Below the pieces are notes generated by a model that saw only the letters and a list, made by a program, of their open reading frames with translations, was not told the origin of the DNA and did no database searches. A program made the position numbers and the translations under genes. Source: Takakia lepidozioides (Eukaryota > Plantae > Bryophyta). Taken from it: a DNA stretch of 64,000 bases. The DNA lies in the NCBI GenBank assembly GCA_030704615.1, contig CM060732.1, positions 17,670,001 through 17,734,000 on the forward strand, in the 5' to 3' direction. Positions 12,698-25,400 of the stretch are shown here, in pieces. Each line of letters begins with the position of its first letter. Position 1 is the first letter of the stretch.

Positions 12698-13562
12698 AGC
12701 ACATCTAGGATGCATAGATGCACAAGTAAGCCTCGCAGCCTCTCATTTTACAATAATAGGGTCAAGTAATCTAGTTGAGACATTATTTTTGAAAATATGT
12801 GAGGAACCAGACTTGACATGACTGACACATACATGTATATGCATTGGCCGTCAATAAAAGGCACCTTGGAGGCCAACTCGTTAAAGGAAAACTAGCCAGC
12901 AAATTCATAGGCCGACATTTAACTAAGCTTTGGTGGATTATGTTGGTGTTGTAACTTAGGTTTGGAACCTCCTTTACCGCTTTATATGCTGTGGTGTGTC
13001 TAAACCTGCAGACCCGACCAAACATCTCACTTGGGGCTACTGCAACCATCTCAGCAACTTGCAGCATCTTGATCACATCAAATTCCACCAATCAATATTA
13101 CACATCTTGTGTGATACACACCCTTTTTTTAGTACACAAATGAGAATGATACCATTATGCAACAACTGCCATCATGACAATCCATGAAATTCAATTGTCT
13201 ACCTCAGAATGTCCGCACTACTATGATGTTATGTCCGCCACTATCATAGTTCATGCATTGCCTATCAGATCGACAACAGGATGGGCTCACTGAACAAGAT
13301 GAGACACTTGCACACCGAAGTTGGAGAACATGACTACAAAATAATCATTATCAATGTTACAGAGTGCCAACAATTCAAAAATCCGGGACCTATGTGAAGG
13401 GAGTATCTCCTCCCAAACTTTGAAAAAGTATGTCTGATGAAGAGTTTCACGCCTTGCAAAAGACAGCTCAGAGCTTGTTGCCTTTCACATCCTATATCTC
13501 ACAATCAACAAGTGATCGTCAAAACTTTCTGCACTCCAGAAACAGATGAAAACCAGGGACCA

Positions 13563-16500
13563 TCAAAAGCTGGAACATCTTCTTTTTGTTTCTCGATCAA
13601 AAAGTACTTTGTCGGGAGTGCCCTCAGTTACACCCTTACTGTACTCTGGCCCAACAGCTCGTGACAGAGCTGACTCAAACTCCATCTCTCTTTTCTTTGA
13701 ATTAGAATCTTCCTGTATCTCTGCCGGACTTGTGAAGGGTGACCCAGATTGAGTTAGGAGATCAAGCTCTGCAAAACTTGACAACCCCTGTGATATTATG
13801 TTCAAGTCGGGCCCTGGTCTGGAAATCCCACTGGGTCGAGCAATCATTTCAAAGGGATTCTTGGCTGGGAGGTCTTTGGCAGGCACTAAATGCGGGATCC
13901 TTCCCACATCCAAGGGCATGTGGGGATCTACGTCACCTGTCCGCATTGCTCCCTTCTTCACCGGGAAACACTTCGGGGGGGATTCCACAAGGCCACCTGA
14001 CACCCAGTGTTGATGCACCTCAATAGCTTCTGGACACACACACATACAGTAAGTGATGCTTATTTGCTTCTTGCTCAGCATCAGTATCCATAAACATAGG
14101 CAGATATAGCATGATGGGTAGACAATGCATAGCTCCAAGCAACACCTTCCAAGCCAGCTGTGAGCAGTACCAACAGTTACAGCTTCAAAACAAGTTGCTC
14201 ATAAGTCACTTCCAGAAAAGAGCACATGAAAGACTGAACCTCCCAGAGCCCTTGTGGAAGTTTCAAAACACCTACATGGAAGAGAACAAACCTTGTAAAC
14301 TTTGATTTGTGGTGATTAAGTCCAGCTGGAGAAGGTCCAAGAGTCGGCCTAGATCAACCCCACTCGTCCAGTTCTCAGGCCCATGTCCATTGCGGAGCTT
14401 CAGTCGCCCCCTGTTGGCAGTGCCACCCCAGATGATCCCAATTGGCCGCGGTTTCTCTGCCACCTCCTCCTCTGAAGTTAGTAAAATCAAACTCCCACTG
14501 TCACCTTCCAAATCAAATGTCAACTCGTTCTCCCCCACTATGAGAAAGTCCGTGAAGAAGCAGATCCCCTTTTCGTCATTATACTCGAGAGCATATGCCA
14601 TGATGACGCCCTTTGTAAGGCCTGAACTCCGGCCAACTTTGACCACGTGCTTACCCATCACACTATCTATGGGAGCCTGCAAGTCAATGCGCTTCACCTC
14701 ACCCATCTCTCCCAAGCCTTTCACAGTCGTTGTCACTTTCTTCAGGTCGAAGGTGTCAGTGAAAGGTATAAAAGCACCATCAGCCCTCACAAAGGTCTCT
14801 GTATATTTGAACAGCAGCCAGCCAAGATAATGCACCAGATTGAGAAACCCATGCAAAGAGAAACTGCAGGTTGTGTTCGGGATATTCAGTTCAAGCAAAA
14901 CTGCTCTAAGAGTCTGCAGCTTATGCACAATCACTATGTTGAGAACTTCCATCCTACCATTACCAGAACATGCCTTTTCTAGTAGTACTGCAGCCCCCGT
15001 TGTTCATGGAGATACATAGGCTCAATAATAAAGAATGTCTGCCAAATCAGACATAACCACAACTGAGTTACGCAATAGTTACTTAGCACCAAGAACAATT
15101 GCAGACATAGTTGCTTCCCTGATTCCTATTGCTACTCAATTTTTTCCCTGCATGTCTGTGACAGGGTGAACTGAAATCACTATGATCTAAACCACCAACA
15201 TCATTTTCTTTCCCTTTTTACATCTATCTGGAAGACTTGAAGACCAGCTTTGATTTTATATGAGACATGCAGATTTGCTTAATCTTCCAGCAACATTGAG
15301 GGACAGTCTCATTGAATCAAACTGAATAAATAACTGGACTCTGATGTGAAAGTGGTCGATGGAAGCAGACCTGGATTCATGGCAGCAAATATGCCATACC
15401 ACAGATCGTCTCTGATAAAAGATGTGGCTCTCTCCACTGCACCCAGATATACCCCTGGTCCAAGGTTTGGCGGTAGAGGATGAAACATCTTCTGGGTCGG
15501 GAAGTCCAGGTCAACTGCGACATGGCGGTTTGTGAGGAAGCCGAGTTGATGAAAGCCTGTCTGGCTCTGAACTATAGCTCCAAGGGTGCCATACGTTTCC
15601 TGGCTGGCAACCTAGAGAGTGACACAGTTCCAGTCCAGGCGTCAGTCACAATGGTACCACATATATACCAAGTGCAGATACTGTGCTACTTACAGGCACA
15701 TACCCCATCACCTTGACCTCATGAGGCAGCACTCCAGCAGTGGGTAAGCCACCCGCTATATGTCCACCTAAGATTTTCATACTCAAGAATACTAGACTAC
15801 GTGTCTGCCTCAATTCAAACTCATGTCCATGGGACACTAAAGTATGATCCTACTAAAAGAATTATTAAAAGAACCTGAATCTCTGTTCAAGGCTTGAGAC
15901 CATCTTGAAGACAATAAGTGTGAGAAGCATCCACACAAGTTGATCTGGTAGGCTTATATGCAATCCATCACCAATCAAGGTATGTCTTCTCCTTTCGGCT
16001 ACTTGAGGTTGCCTTGCATGGCTTAAGCTGGACAACCATTGGCAAGGTTGGTAGCCATTTCCTGCATCCAATTGGGCATGCATGCAAGTGCTGAATGCCC
16101 ATGTTGGCATAAGGGCGCTTACAAGTAGAATGAACCAGGCAACAGAATAAACATCACGCTCATCTTCCCGTCCAGAACTTGGCATGTAGAAGCAAAAGAC
16201 TAGATGGGTTGCACTGGGCGCCGCATCCTAAAATTCCAGACTGCATCCACTGTTCTTTGCCATAACGCAAGAAAAGAAGTCAATGACATGGGAGAAAATG
16301 GAGATACTACCTGTGAGCCTGAGCCAATGCATGGGTCATTTCCTCGCAAGCCTTCAACCAGCTCTGTGTATATTTGCTCTTTTGGAGTCGTTGTAGGAGC
16401 CCCATAGTATGAAAATTCCACTACATCAACATCACACCACACCCCTCCCGGACCCTGGATCATAAAAACAATTATCAGCAGCCAAGATAACTATGCCTAG

Positions 16501-17853
16501 GATGTAGCCTAGGCTTAAAATTTAAGATTGACGTGATATTCCTACCACCACTTCTAAGTTGGACATAAGCAGGACTAGTTCCATGCAGACAGGTCAGGAT
16601 ACCGTTTACACCCTTTCCTAATATGTTTAAAAGCACCAGTCTGCACTGAGTTGCGAATTAATGAAGTTGTCCTCATAGAACCATGCCCAGCTCAACCATG
16701 TCTATTATAATCCTGGATGACCCCGAGCTTGACACGTACCACATTTCTTTTAACTGAGAAAAAGTCTTAAAGACTCTGTGTATCCACCACCTTGCAGCTG
16801 CTAGGGTAAAGGGAAAGTACAGCTTAAATGCAGGCGAAGGGGCAAGGAATAGCCAAGGGCACAGGACCAAAGGTGCTACAAGAGAGGGGATGCGAAGACG
16901 TCTAATCTCACAACATAAAGGTAGCTGACATTAGTGTCCAAACTTCCTTTGGAGTACACATTAGAGAATTCTCTGAAGGTGAATTCTACAAAACCTCTTG
17001 CGCTGGTGAACTTCCTGTTGCCGGAAACAGGAGAAGCATGGTAAGTTGTAATAACATGAAAGGGCAGCTTAAAATGCATCAAGAACATTTGCCATTGACG
17101 GTCATGCCTCGTTACTGATGTTTCTTGTGACCATCAGTTGTTCCCAGTACAGAACTCCTGAAGATCAGATTACCAAGAAAGAAACCCAAATTTGAGGCAT
17201 CAAACTCCAGACCTGCTGCGCTCTGGAATTCCGAGAGAGGGATATCCCATTGCAATTAAGGGAGTCCTTTTGTTGCGATATGTCTTCTTCTTTCAGTGCT
17301 CCTGTCCTGACAAAAAGAGTTGGAAGGAAATGAGGCTACAAATGGGGAAGATGTGTACCTCGAGAAGAATAGGAAGTATCTGCTGGTCAAGGAGCCACTG
17401 CTTGTGGACTTTGCGAGCTACAAAGACGATGATAGCAGGAATCGAGGTAAGAACGCCATGCCGGGTGCGAAACCCAAGGGCCGTGCCAAGGCTGTAGCGG
17501 CGAAGTGCTTTGCTGTGAAAGGCCCGAATTGTCATGAGGTCCAAGAGTGTTGACGCTTGTTGCCCACCGGGCACCCGCTCATTGGCTTCAGACTCTATCT
17601 CCTTTTGCAGGCCATTGAAGTAGGCGGCCCTCTCTTCAGACGAAGAGTTCAGCCAACCTGAAGGAGGCCAAAGCACATATGCAGCACTGTCCTCATGTTG
17701 CCCACCAGACGCGAAAGCCTGCATGCGCGGCCATTCAGCCGGCCCACGGTACATGCCAGTGAAGTAGGTCCAGTCATGATCCACTCTTCCATGAGTAGAA
17801 CTGGGCTGGGAAGAGTAGCGCTGGGCGCCGCGCAGCAGGCGCGTAATATCCAT
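13563..17853 (-). CDS. NAL1: NARROW LEAF 1-like trypsin-fold serine protease, 5 exons, ~617 aa, intact
   Basis: Exons 17853-17359, 16454-16311, 15611-15371, 14798-14292 and 14029-13563. All introns are GT-AG and phase-consistent (1854 nt in total). Motifs LMTIRAFHSK.LRR.SLGTA, GPGGVWCDVDVVEF, and triad motifs TNRHVAV / RADGAF / LEGDSGS. Confidence 0.93.
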
Positions 17854-19004
17854 CTCTTCATTTGCCCTACAACAGACACGGGATCGTCAGCATTGGCTCA
17901 CCTTTCGTCCCGTGCAAGTTCCAAAGCAGTAACACCTCGGCTTTCTTCATTAACAAACAGGCATGCAGATGCCTACACCCCTTCCTCGCGTATAAATGCA
18001 GGGAACCAAGAACTCAAGAACCAGCTAGGAGTACAGTGACCTTACAAAAAAAGCATGCCATCCACAGAGCCAACATACGTACTCACAATCTCACCTAACA
18101 AGCATGTAACATGCAATCTCTGCAATGCATGGCGCATGCACAGGAGGCAACGCCTGTGAGACCATACTCAACTTGAGAGAGCATCACACTTTCGGATTTC
18201 TACACAGACGGAACCCTAATCCACATACCGATCCAACAGCGGCGCAGGCGCCTGCAGCCTTGCTTTCTTGTGAAAAAGAATCCGGTACCCCATGACACGG
18301 GAAAACGATCCCCTCACGACAACAGCGACATGCCTGTCAGTGCTGCACGTACTCGGCGCGTATGTGCGCAGCCACACATCAACTCCACCTCACAGCAGCT
18401 CCCCTACCACCACCACCATCACCCCCGTCCCTCCTTCCCTCCCTGCCACCCAAGACCCGCGATTAGCTACACAGCCACCACATCGCGTGCAGCCCAGCCG
18501 ATGCCGCGATGCCGCGATGCCGCAATCCCTGCCAGCCACACGTGCGCGTGGCCCAACCCCCGCCAACATTCGCCTTGCTGCTCGCCATTGCAGCGCCTTC
18601 CCAGCACCTGGGCCCACGCCCAATCACGCGCCCGCCGCTCGCCTACGCAGCCTCGCTCCGCGTCAGTGCCGCCTTAGGGCACACGCGGCGCGGCCCTCAA
18701 CGGTCTCTCGCGTTGGCCCACTCCGCTGCTCGCTCCCCTTCCTCGTCTTCCCTCGTTGTGCTGCGCTGGAGACGTCTAAGGAATCCCAAAACAGCCATCA
18801 TGGTTATGGCGCATAAGACCTATCAACAAATGATCGAGAAAGGTGAAGCCTACATTAACCAAATTGCTTTTCTCGGAGGATTGACGATACCGTTACTTGC
18901 CGAAGGAAGAGTCTCTCAGACGTGGGGCACCGCAGTGCAACGAGTTCTATCGAGACTCATTTCTTCAACCATGTTTTGACCAAGCTTCACTCAAAGGCAC
19001 TACT

Positions 19005-19443
19005 ATGCGGACATATTTCTGAAGACATCCTTGACTGGGAAGACCATCTCCAAGAGCTCTGATACTATCGACAATGTTAAGACAAGATCCAGGACAAGGA
19101 GGGCATCCCCCCGACCAGCAGAGACTCATCTTTGCGGGCAAGGCGCAGCTGGAGGATGGCCGAACCCTTGATTACAACATCCAGAAGGATTCCACATTGC
19201 ACTTGGTGCTAAGTTTGAAAGGTGGTATGCATATCTTTGTCAAGATCTTGACTGGGAAGACTATCACGCTTGAGGTGGAGGCTCGAATACAGCGTCAAGA
19301 TTAAGATTCAAGAAAACTCCCTGATAGCAGCATTTGATCTTTGCTGGAAACAACTTGAGGACGGTCGTACTTTGGCTGATTACAACATCCGCAAGGAGTC
19401 CATCTTGCACTTGGTGCTGCACTTGAGAGGGGCAATGCAGATT
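19005..19443 (+). pseudogene. UBQ: Degenerate polyubiquitin (two units plus the start of a third)
   Basis: [51 protein letters not shown] and [30 protein letters not shown], with indels. Confidence 0.92.
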
Positions 19444-19784
19444 TGGTCAGGGGGATGCCTTCCTTGTTTTGAATCTTGGTTTTTCACGTTATCGGGAGTA
19501 TTTGACCTTTCCACATCAAGACTGATAGTCTTCCATATTAGGGTTTTCGATATCAATATGTAGTCAGTCCAACGACGCTACCGCGTGAGCCTGGCGTGTG
19601 AGCGTACGCTCACACAATGGTGATGTGGCGTGAGCCTACGCTCACAGCGCTGACGTAGCGCTGGTGCTGATGTGGCGTGAGCCCACCCAAGGTTGTGCCA
19701 CGTCACCACAAAGAGGGTGGGCCTATAACCGTGGGATTTCACCATCTGAAGGTGAGATGGGTTAAGGGTTTAGGGCGTCTGAAG

Positions 19785-20030
19785 ATATCAACCTTGTGTT
19801 AACACGAGGTTGATTTCAGAGAACTTGAAATCAACCTTGTATTAACGCGAGGTTGATTTCTTAGAACTGAAATCAACCTTGTGTTAACACGAGGTTGATT
19901 TCAGAGAACTTGAAATGAACCTTATATTAACACAAGGTTGATTTCCTAGAACTGATATCAACTTTGTGTTAACACGAGGTTGATTTGAAGTTCTCGAAAT
20001 CAACCTTGTATTAACACGAGGTTGATTTCC
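19785..20030. repeat. Six copies of a ~32-bp palindrome AAATCAACCTTGTGTTAACACGAGGTTGATTT at 42-43 bp period
   Basis: The tcaacc core falls at 19788, 19831, 19873, 19916, 19958 and 20000. Confidence 0.9.
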
Positions 20031-20194
20031 GAGAATGTTCATTTGAATGTGACTTGATGTGTTCGCAAATGAACAAATGAGTTTGAGGAACAAATGCAAC
20101 AAATGGTAGACGCACGCACAACACGATTGATGACGTGACATACACCGACAGACATACGACTTCAATTATTTTTTATTTTTTATTTCTCCCTGGG

Positions 20195-20625
20195 GGTGAT
20201 GCAAATCAACCTTGCGTTGACGCAACCTTGATTTGAGAAATGAAAGCATCATTTTTTGATTTTTTGATTTTTTGATTTTCCTAAAAAATCGGGGGCGATG
20301 CAAATCAACCTTGCGTTGATGCAACCTTGATTTGAGACTGAAAACATCATTTTTTGAAGATTTGTTTTTTTTTTCCTCCTTGGGGAGTGATGCAAATCAA
20401 ACTTGCGTTGACGCACCCTTGATTTGAGAAATGAAAGCATCATTTTTTATTTATTTTTATTTATTTTTCTCCCTGGGGGGTTATGCAAATCAACCTTGCG
20501 TTGACACAACCTTGATTTTGAGAAATGAAAATGTTTTTTTCTTTTTCTTTTTTTTTCTTTTTTCTTGGAGGGTGATGCAAATCAACCTTGCGTTGACGCA
20601 ACCCTGATTTGAGAAATGAAAGCAT
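20195..20625. repeat. Five copies of a related imperfect palindrome (atgcaaatcaaccttgcgttgacgcaaccttgatttgag) separated by T-tracts
   Basis: Copies at about 20203, 20302, 20394, 20488 and 20579. Confidence 0.9.
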
Positions 20626-21665
20626 TCTTTTTTTAGGACTGTTTTTTGCATTTTGTATGGTTGTTGGCCCTGTTGTTCTTCGTTTCGTGTCTTGCATTGC
20701 AAGTCTTGCCAACCTGTTCTGCACCATGTTTTTTCATAAACCGCAAAGACGCTTTAGGGATTTCCTGGTGTTTGTCTGGAGAACGTCTTTCAATGAAAAG
20801 TGGATGTGAATTGGAGGGACGGAACTTCGTTAGAACAAACTTATTCTCCTTCGTGTTCATTACGCAACATGACATTGTACTATCTGAAATATCTTGTGCC
20901 CGTGAACAAAAATCATCCACAAACCACCCGTGATTTCTCATCCGACTAAGATTTGGATGAGGGGTGAGACTTCTCGGAAATTAATGTTGGCAAATCTGGG
21001 GCGTAGTAGTCGCCTATAGTTCCGCGGAAATAGGTGGCATCCGCGGAATTAGGTCATGCACGTGGGAAACCTTGCTGACGTGGCGTGAGCCTGGCTGGAC
21101 TCACACGCTCACAGGCTCACGCGGCTAGGCTCACGTGCAAGCATTCCCCGTAGTCAGTCCATGTCATATTGCGTATTTATTGCTATTCGTTAGGTAGATT
21201 CTTGGCTGTTGTCTTGAGTTCGCAATGGAAGCTGCCCCCAACGCGTTGTGTTACTTCTTGTAGTGCGGCCACTGGAGAGCAACAACCTGGAACAGCAGAA
21301 GGGCGAGTCGGCTTTGCCAACCAGAGGAGAACGTTTGATTTTTGGTGGAGAGGGAATGTCTGCGCTTTGAAACAAGGATGGCAGGGATCCTCTGGGCTCC
21401 AACCAGCCGGTACTTCTACAAGAGAGTTTGAAGAGAAAAAAAAACGGAAGCCCTAATTTTCAAGTGGGGTTGCGTAGCAGTTTGAACCCTAACGGAAGTC
21501 CTCATATCCAAGAAGACGGGGTGGTCTCAAGTGAGGCCGCCAAAAGAATGCACAACCAGATTCCGGAGGAGGCAAATACGCACATGGATGTCGTAATTGA
21601 ACTGGATTCAGTTGAAGGGGCAATGGAGAATGACCACAACACTAGCACCCACATATCCATGCATA

Positions 21666-22385
21666 TGTCACGGCCCTTTGCCTTGAGGGCGGAGGGTCGG
21701 GACACAAGAGGGGTTGCCCCTGTGGTGGGGGCAGTGACAACGAATAGAGATGGGGGCTGAAGCACCCTTTAGTGCCAAAGGCACTCAAAGAGGCGGAGGC
21801 GTTCACTAGGTGGAGCCCCGTAAACCGGGTTGCGGTGGGGGCTCCACGTGGGGTGGTGGTAGCATAGGGAGTCGTAGTGGGGGTGGCATAGGACTCACCA
21901 CGGGGCTAAGGCCTTGTGGTGGGAGTCATGGGGAGTCTTGGGGCTCACCACGGTCCATTGGGATCGTGGTGGGTAGGCCAAGACTCACCGCGACTCATCA
22001 CAGGGAGTCGAGGGTCTAGGTGGTGGTGCACCAAATTTGGACTTGGCTATTTGTGAGACCCCCGCGGACACCTATAGAAGTATATATAGGGAGTAGTAAC
22101 CTTGAGAACGGTGCAAGCCCGTTGATGACCAAAAGCTAGTGAGTAAGTGTGCGAGCCGGAAAGCGACCAAGGTGTGGGGAGCTATTCCGGATTGCCAACT
22201 ACCAAAGGGAATTTCCACTAGGCCCAAAGTGGTGGAGGGTCTCGTGGAGGAGTGAGGGGGACCGTTATGCCCCGGTGAGCAGCCAAAGCTCCGAGTTGGC
22301 TCGGCAGCCGGTTTGGGAGTTAGGCGCGCATCAAAGCGAGTAACTATGACTTAAAAATAGAGTTATCAAAATGAGGTGCACGACA
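21666..22385 (+). repeat. 5' LTR
   Basis: TG...CA ends; direct repeat of 28087-28778; followed by a Met-tRNAi-type PBS at 22388-22399. Confidence 0.93.
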
Positions 22386-22440
22386 CTTGGTATCAAAGCT
22401 TAGAGTTCAGTACGCGATCGTCCTTGAGATCGGCCTCACT

Positions 22441-25400
22441 ATGGGGTCGTGCAAGACAAAGCGAAAACGGAACAGCCCGAAAGACAATGATCCCGGTGAG
22501 TCCGGTGGGGGCGACGTGTCACAGGAGCGGCAACTGGAAGAGGCGATTTATGCTTCTGAAAGTGAGGCTGCTTGAGAGCGGGAGGAATTTGAGGAGTCGG
22601 AGCCCAAGGACTTCCCAAGGCTCCGCCAGACCAACAGATGTTTCATATGCCAATAGCCTTTTGGGAAGGGCTTTTGGCGCAGTTTGGCGGGGCACTTAAG
22701 GATGTCATGAAGGCGGCCAACGCCACTTCCACTAAGGCAAAGTTTAAGGTGAAGCCTAAGGAACCTGGCACTTTCGAGGGCGTCCGAAATCGGTAGGCAC
22801 TCAATACCTGGCTCCTGGAGCTAGAGCAGTACTTTCGGGCAGCCAAGTTGAGTGACGAGGATCGGGTGGAAGTGGCACCCAACTACTTGAGGGGCTATGC
22901 TCAACAATGGTGGCAGAAACACCTTCATGACCAAGGGCCAAACCAAGAGACCTTGAGCTGGAGTGGGTTCAAGGAACTAATGAAAAAATAGTTTGTGTCC
23001 CTTAACGCGACCAGGCTCGCCCGGAATAAGATGAGGAACTTGAAGCAAACGGATGACATCCGGGGATATAAAGACAGGGTCGTACGGAACTGAACCACAA
23101 GAAGGTCCGACGGGACAGTGATTCCTTCCGACCGGAAAAGCAGTGGAATAGGCCACACGGCAACAATGGCGCATGGAAATCAAAGGAAGGGCCTTCGCAT
23201 GTCAAGGCGGCACCCGGTGCTCCGAAAAGAAAATCGGGTGCGACGGCCTATGGCGGACAGAAGGCGACCTTTAATGGGATGTGCTTTAATTGCGGGGAGC
23301 CCGGGCACATGGCCAAGAAGTGCCCGAAGCCCCAACAGTTGAACATGACCCGGGCGACCACAGAGCTATCCGAAGATTCCATCAGCTGCTTGGTAGAGGC
23401 GGTGGTCGCCAAGATTGGCAAGGTAGGCAATTACTCTTGTGAGTTATATCAGGATAAGGGAGCTTTGCGTAAAAGAAGTCAGCTGATGTTCGTGTGTGGG
23501 GTAATTTCCGGAACTAACGTGTCATTGTTGGTGGACACAAGAGCGTTGCACTCCTTCATGACACTAGCAACGGCACGGAAGCTGGGCCTCCCGACGAGTG
23601 ACGTGGGGGCATCTATTGAAGTGCATTATGCCAAAAGAGAACCACAACTAGCGATAAGAGTGGCATTCGATGTCCTTCTTCAGCTGTGGAGTTGGGAGGG
23701 GCGTGATAACTTCACTATTTGCGAGATCGATGGAGTGGATCTCATTTTGGGGATGTCTTTTATGAGCAAATCCAGAGCCGTCATAGATGGCCGCAAGAGG
23801 GTAGTCACACTACCGTGTGGGAATGGTAGCGAAGTTTTACGGATGTCGGAAATGCCCAACCGAGTGGGAGGGCAAATAAACCTATTAATGGCAAAGGAGT
23901 GGGCCGTGGAGGAGCCACATGAGCCCGAGTTTTTGCTTTACGTGAGGCAAGTGGAAGGAAAAGTTGATAGGGAGCCGAGCCCAGATTGGATCAAGGAGAT
24001 CTTGGAAAAATACCAAGATGTGATGTCGGAGAATTTACCGAGCGGTTTGCCACCGCGAAGAGGGGTCGACCATAAGATCGAGGTGATACCGGGAACGGAG
24101 CTGCCTGCCAAGGCGCCGTACCGGTTAAGCCATAGAGAGTTGGTGGAGCTGAAAGAGCAGCTCAAGGACCTCATGACAAAGGGATACATCCGGCCAAGTA
24201 AGTCACCTTATGGAGCCCCGAACATATTCGCATACAAAAAGAATGGGACGCTGCGAATGTGTGTCAATTACAGGGCTCTAAACAAGGTGACTATAAAAAA
24301 CCGGTACCATTTGCCAAGAATTGACGACCTCTTCGATCGGTTGGTAGACGCAAACTATTTCAACTAGATAGATTTGCGCTCGGGTTACCACCAGATTCGG
24401 GTAGCGGAAGGAGATAAGGAAAAGACTGTATGCGGGACAAGGTATGGTTTGTACAAATTCTTGGTGATGCCTTTTGGGCTCACCAACGCATCGGCGACCT
24501 TTAGCACACTGATGAATAGCCTCTTCCAGGAGTGGTTAGATGACTTTGTGATCGTGTACATTGACGTCATCTTGGTGTACTGGAAAACAAAGGAGGACCA
24601 CATGGAGCACCTCAAAAGGGTGTTCCAGAAATTCCGAGAAAGGAAGCTCTATGCCAAAGCTTCAAAGTGCGAATTCGAGGTCACAAAAGTAGAGTTCCTA
24701 GGGCATGTCATTACACAGGATGGGATCAAAATAGATGACAGAAAGGTGAGGGCGATCTTGGATTGGGAACCTCCGATCTCGGTCCCGAGAGTGCGATCCT
24801 TTCTGGGACACGCCTCCTACTACCGAAAATATGTGAGGAATTTTGCCAAGATTGCGAGGCCGCTATCAGACCTTTGTATAAATCCAAGGTATGGGTGTGG
24901 AACACCTTTTGTGGCCAAGCTTTTGCCGAGTTGAAGCAGCGGATGGCGGAAGCTCCAGTTTTGAAGATCCCAGAGAGTCGACCGTCCGTTTGAGATTCAC
25001 ACAGATGCGTCGGACTTCGCAATTGGGGGTGTGCTAATGCAAGAGGGACGTCCAGTGGCTTACGAGAATAAGAAACTAAACGAAGTGGAGCGATGGTGGC
25101 CTACGCATGAAAAAGAAATGAAAGCGATGGTGCACTGCCTTGAGCTTTGGCGCCACTGTGTTGGTTCCATCCTGGTGAAAGTGTTCACGAACAATGTCAC
25201 GGTGAAGTATTTTGCCACACAGCCTAAGTTGTCCCCAAAACAAATTAGGTGGCAAGACACTTTGGCATTGTTTGACGTGGATATTCAGTACAAACCGAGA
25301 CAATGTGATGGCCGATGCTCTAAGTAGAAAGCAACAGCCTATGTTGGTATACAGAGGCGAGACGGAGCTACAGAAGAAGATCCGGAAGTCTTATCAGAAG

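Larger units (their letters stand above)
19572..21151. mobile_element. Non-autonomous MULE-like DNA transposon with ACG...CGT ends and 10-bp TSD
   Basis: TSD agtcagtcca at 19562-19571 and 21152-21161; imperfect terminal inverted repeats rich in cgtgagcc/ggctcacg; no coding capacity. Confidence 0.8.

Noticed and set aside
18270-18979. GC-rich ORFs upstream of NAL1
   Set aside because: Open in several frames with no recognisable domain; more likely 5' UTR/promoter sequence.
19785-20625. CRISPR-like array in the small element
   Set aside because: Spacers are ~10 bp or T-tracts and the array lies inside a TSD-bounded transposon.
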